A DNA stretch of 48,494 bases, counting the filler, from Catajapyx aquilonaris (lineage: Eukaryota): assembly GCA_000934665.2 (NCBI GenBank). It is 2 parts of 2 records of this genome, joined end to end, with 100 filler letters (N's around TTAATTAATTAA, not from the genome) between each part and the next. Parts side by side here need not be neighbours in the genome. Positions count along the whole stretch, not along the records: positions 24,306 to 48,494 come from JYFJ02005549.1; 1 more part is not named here. One strand, 5' to 3'. A model generated the notes under the pieces. That model was not told the DNA's origin. It was given only the letters and a program-made list of their open reading frames with translations, and did not search any database. The translations under genes and the position numbers were made by a program. Shown one piece after another: positions 47,273-48,494 of this stretch. The stretch's first letter is position 1. The number at the start of each line of letters is the position of its first letter.

Positions 47273-48218
47273 TTACAGGACCACTATTTTGGTCTCCTTG
47301 TACATGTCATCGTTCAGTTGGCATCGGTACCGACCCGCGTCTTCCTTCCGGGCTTTGACAAGAAACAGGACGTGAGTATACAGGCCACTGTCGTAGTTGT
47401 AAGCATTGGATTGGCTGAATTTCCCTCCGGTGTCACTGGTCTCGCGTGGCTCCCCGTCCACCATCTTGACCCACTTGAAGTTCCTGTTGAACGACCTGTC
47501 TTCGTGATCGTATCTGATAACGCAAGTTATGGGAACATCATCGCCTTCTTCAACGTACACTTCTTCGGGCAGGTCAGCGACAGACGGTCTCAGAGCCACC
47601 ACTGGAATAATTAGAATAATCACTTATACGGAATATCAGACAAACTCTATCTCTTTTTGTGCGCATGGTGTTTCAAAATGGCATTTCGTGATCGCCATAG
47701 CAGATCGGCTCGTACCTTCGTCGTCTACTGTTGGATCCACCACGGTGACTTCGACGTCCGAAAACCCACCGTTTTGAGCCTGGCATCTATACGTTCTGGA
47801 ATCCTGTACGTTGCTCAAATACACGTAACTGGTGCGAAGTCCAATAATTCCACCCAAAGTTTCTAATTTTGAGTCAAACATCCCATCAATATCCTTTGGT
47901 CTCAAATAATCAGGGTCAAACATGAGCCACTTTAAGCCGCACTCTTCCCCATTCTCGTACTGGACAATGCATATGAGCTCGGCTGTGTCGCCCCGTATGA
48001 CCACTATCTCTTTAGGCGCATACACGACTTCAGAAGAGCTGCAGACCGCATCTGTGGACATATTTTCGCATATTATACTGTCGATGTAAATGTTACACCC
48101 TCACAATATACACGAACCTATATACATGCGAAAAATTATAGTCATTTCAAATTCAAGAATTACACTCACCTGAAAATCCGGCCAACGAAATCAGCAGGCA
48201 TAGAGTAGGCCAAACCAT
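47273..48218 (-). CDS. Ig-9: secreted two-Ig-domain protein, subfamily B, 237 aa; closest to Ig-4
   Basis: Exons 48218-48170 (MVWPTLCLLISLAGFS), 48051-47716, 47601-47273. AATAAA at 47244-47239; 3' flank homologous to that of Ig-4. Confidence 0.9.
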
Positions 48219-48494
48219 GGTTTGAAACCGAGTTTTGGGACTGTTTGAAGACTAGGACTGTATTTCGCTGGCACAATCTTACGACTAATGCACATTCATT
48301 TTGCTGGTTTCATCTGGGTTGCATCCTGCATCCTTCTATTTTGATCAACCAATTTTATCTTCATTTAAAAATAAACTTCCTGCAGGATTACCTCTTACAT
48401 AACCCAATATTGTTACTCTAATAGCATTACTGTCACGTCAGTTTTCCGATAGCGATTTATTACAATCTCTTTTCTTGCAGTAAGTGTTTACATG

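Noticed and set aside
25917..47866. Plus-strand ORFs overlapping Ig exons (e.g. 25978-26289, 43604-43975, 44788-45183)
   Set aside because: They are antisense shadows of the minus-strand coding exons with no independent features.
25815..48218. V(D)J-like somatic rearrangement of the Ig array
   Set aside because: Every gene is complete with leader, both domains and stop. I saw no heptamer-spacer-nonamer signals flanking exons and no J-like segments; the isolated CACAGTG near 34210 has no context.
39686..48218. Dscam-style mutually exclusive exon array of one large gene
   Set aside because: Each unit has its own ATG/leader exon and an in-frame stop in the D2 exon, and most have an AATAAA. No shared constant or TM exons were found in the window.

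Overview
Eukaryotic, probably arthropod (inferred from short introns and domain types), AT-rich genomic DNA in two halves separated by a 100-nt spacer (44 N + TTAATTAATTAA + 44 N, 24206-24305). The spacer looks artificial, so the halves may not be adjacent in the genome. The left half (1-24205) has no intact gene I can support. It contains transposon debris: two Tc1/mariner-type MITEs (one carrying a nested MITE), a hAT remnant, a tRNA-derived SINE, LINE 3' tails, a structured TSD-flanked insertion and a decayed RING finger. The right half is a compact gene cluster that looks immune-related. Nine intact, head-to-tail minus-strand genes each have three exons (leader / Ig D1 / Ig D2, both introns phase 1) and encode a secreted two-Ig-domain protein of about 231-244 aa with no TM or GPI tail. 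They fall into two subfamilies, and sequence variation is concentrated in D1. Embedded in the array is a divergently transcribed pair of 8-exon paralogs encoding signal peptide + CTLD + atypical CTLD + a 6-Cys Sushi/Wonton-like domain. Two of the Ig genes lie in a recent ~3 kb segmental duplication that also carries a decayed LINE. Gene models were built by hand from splice sites and frame continuity; family names come from motif recognition, not database searches.
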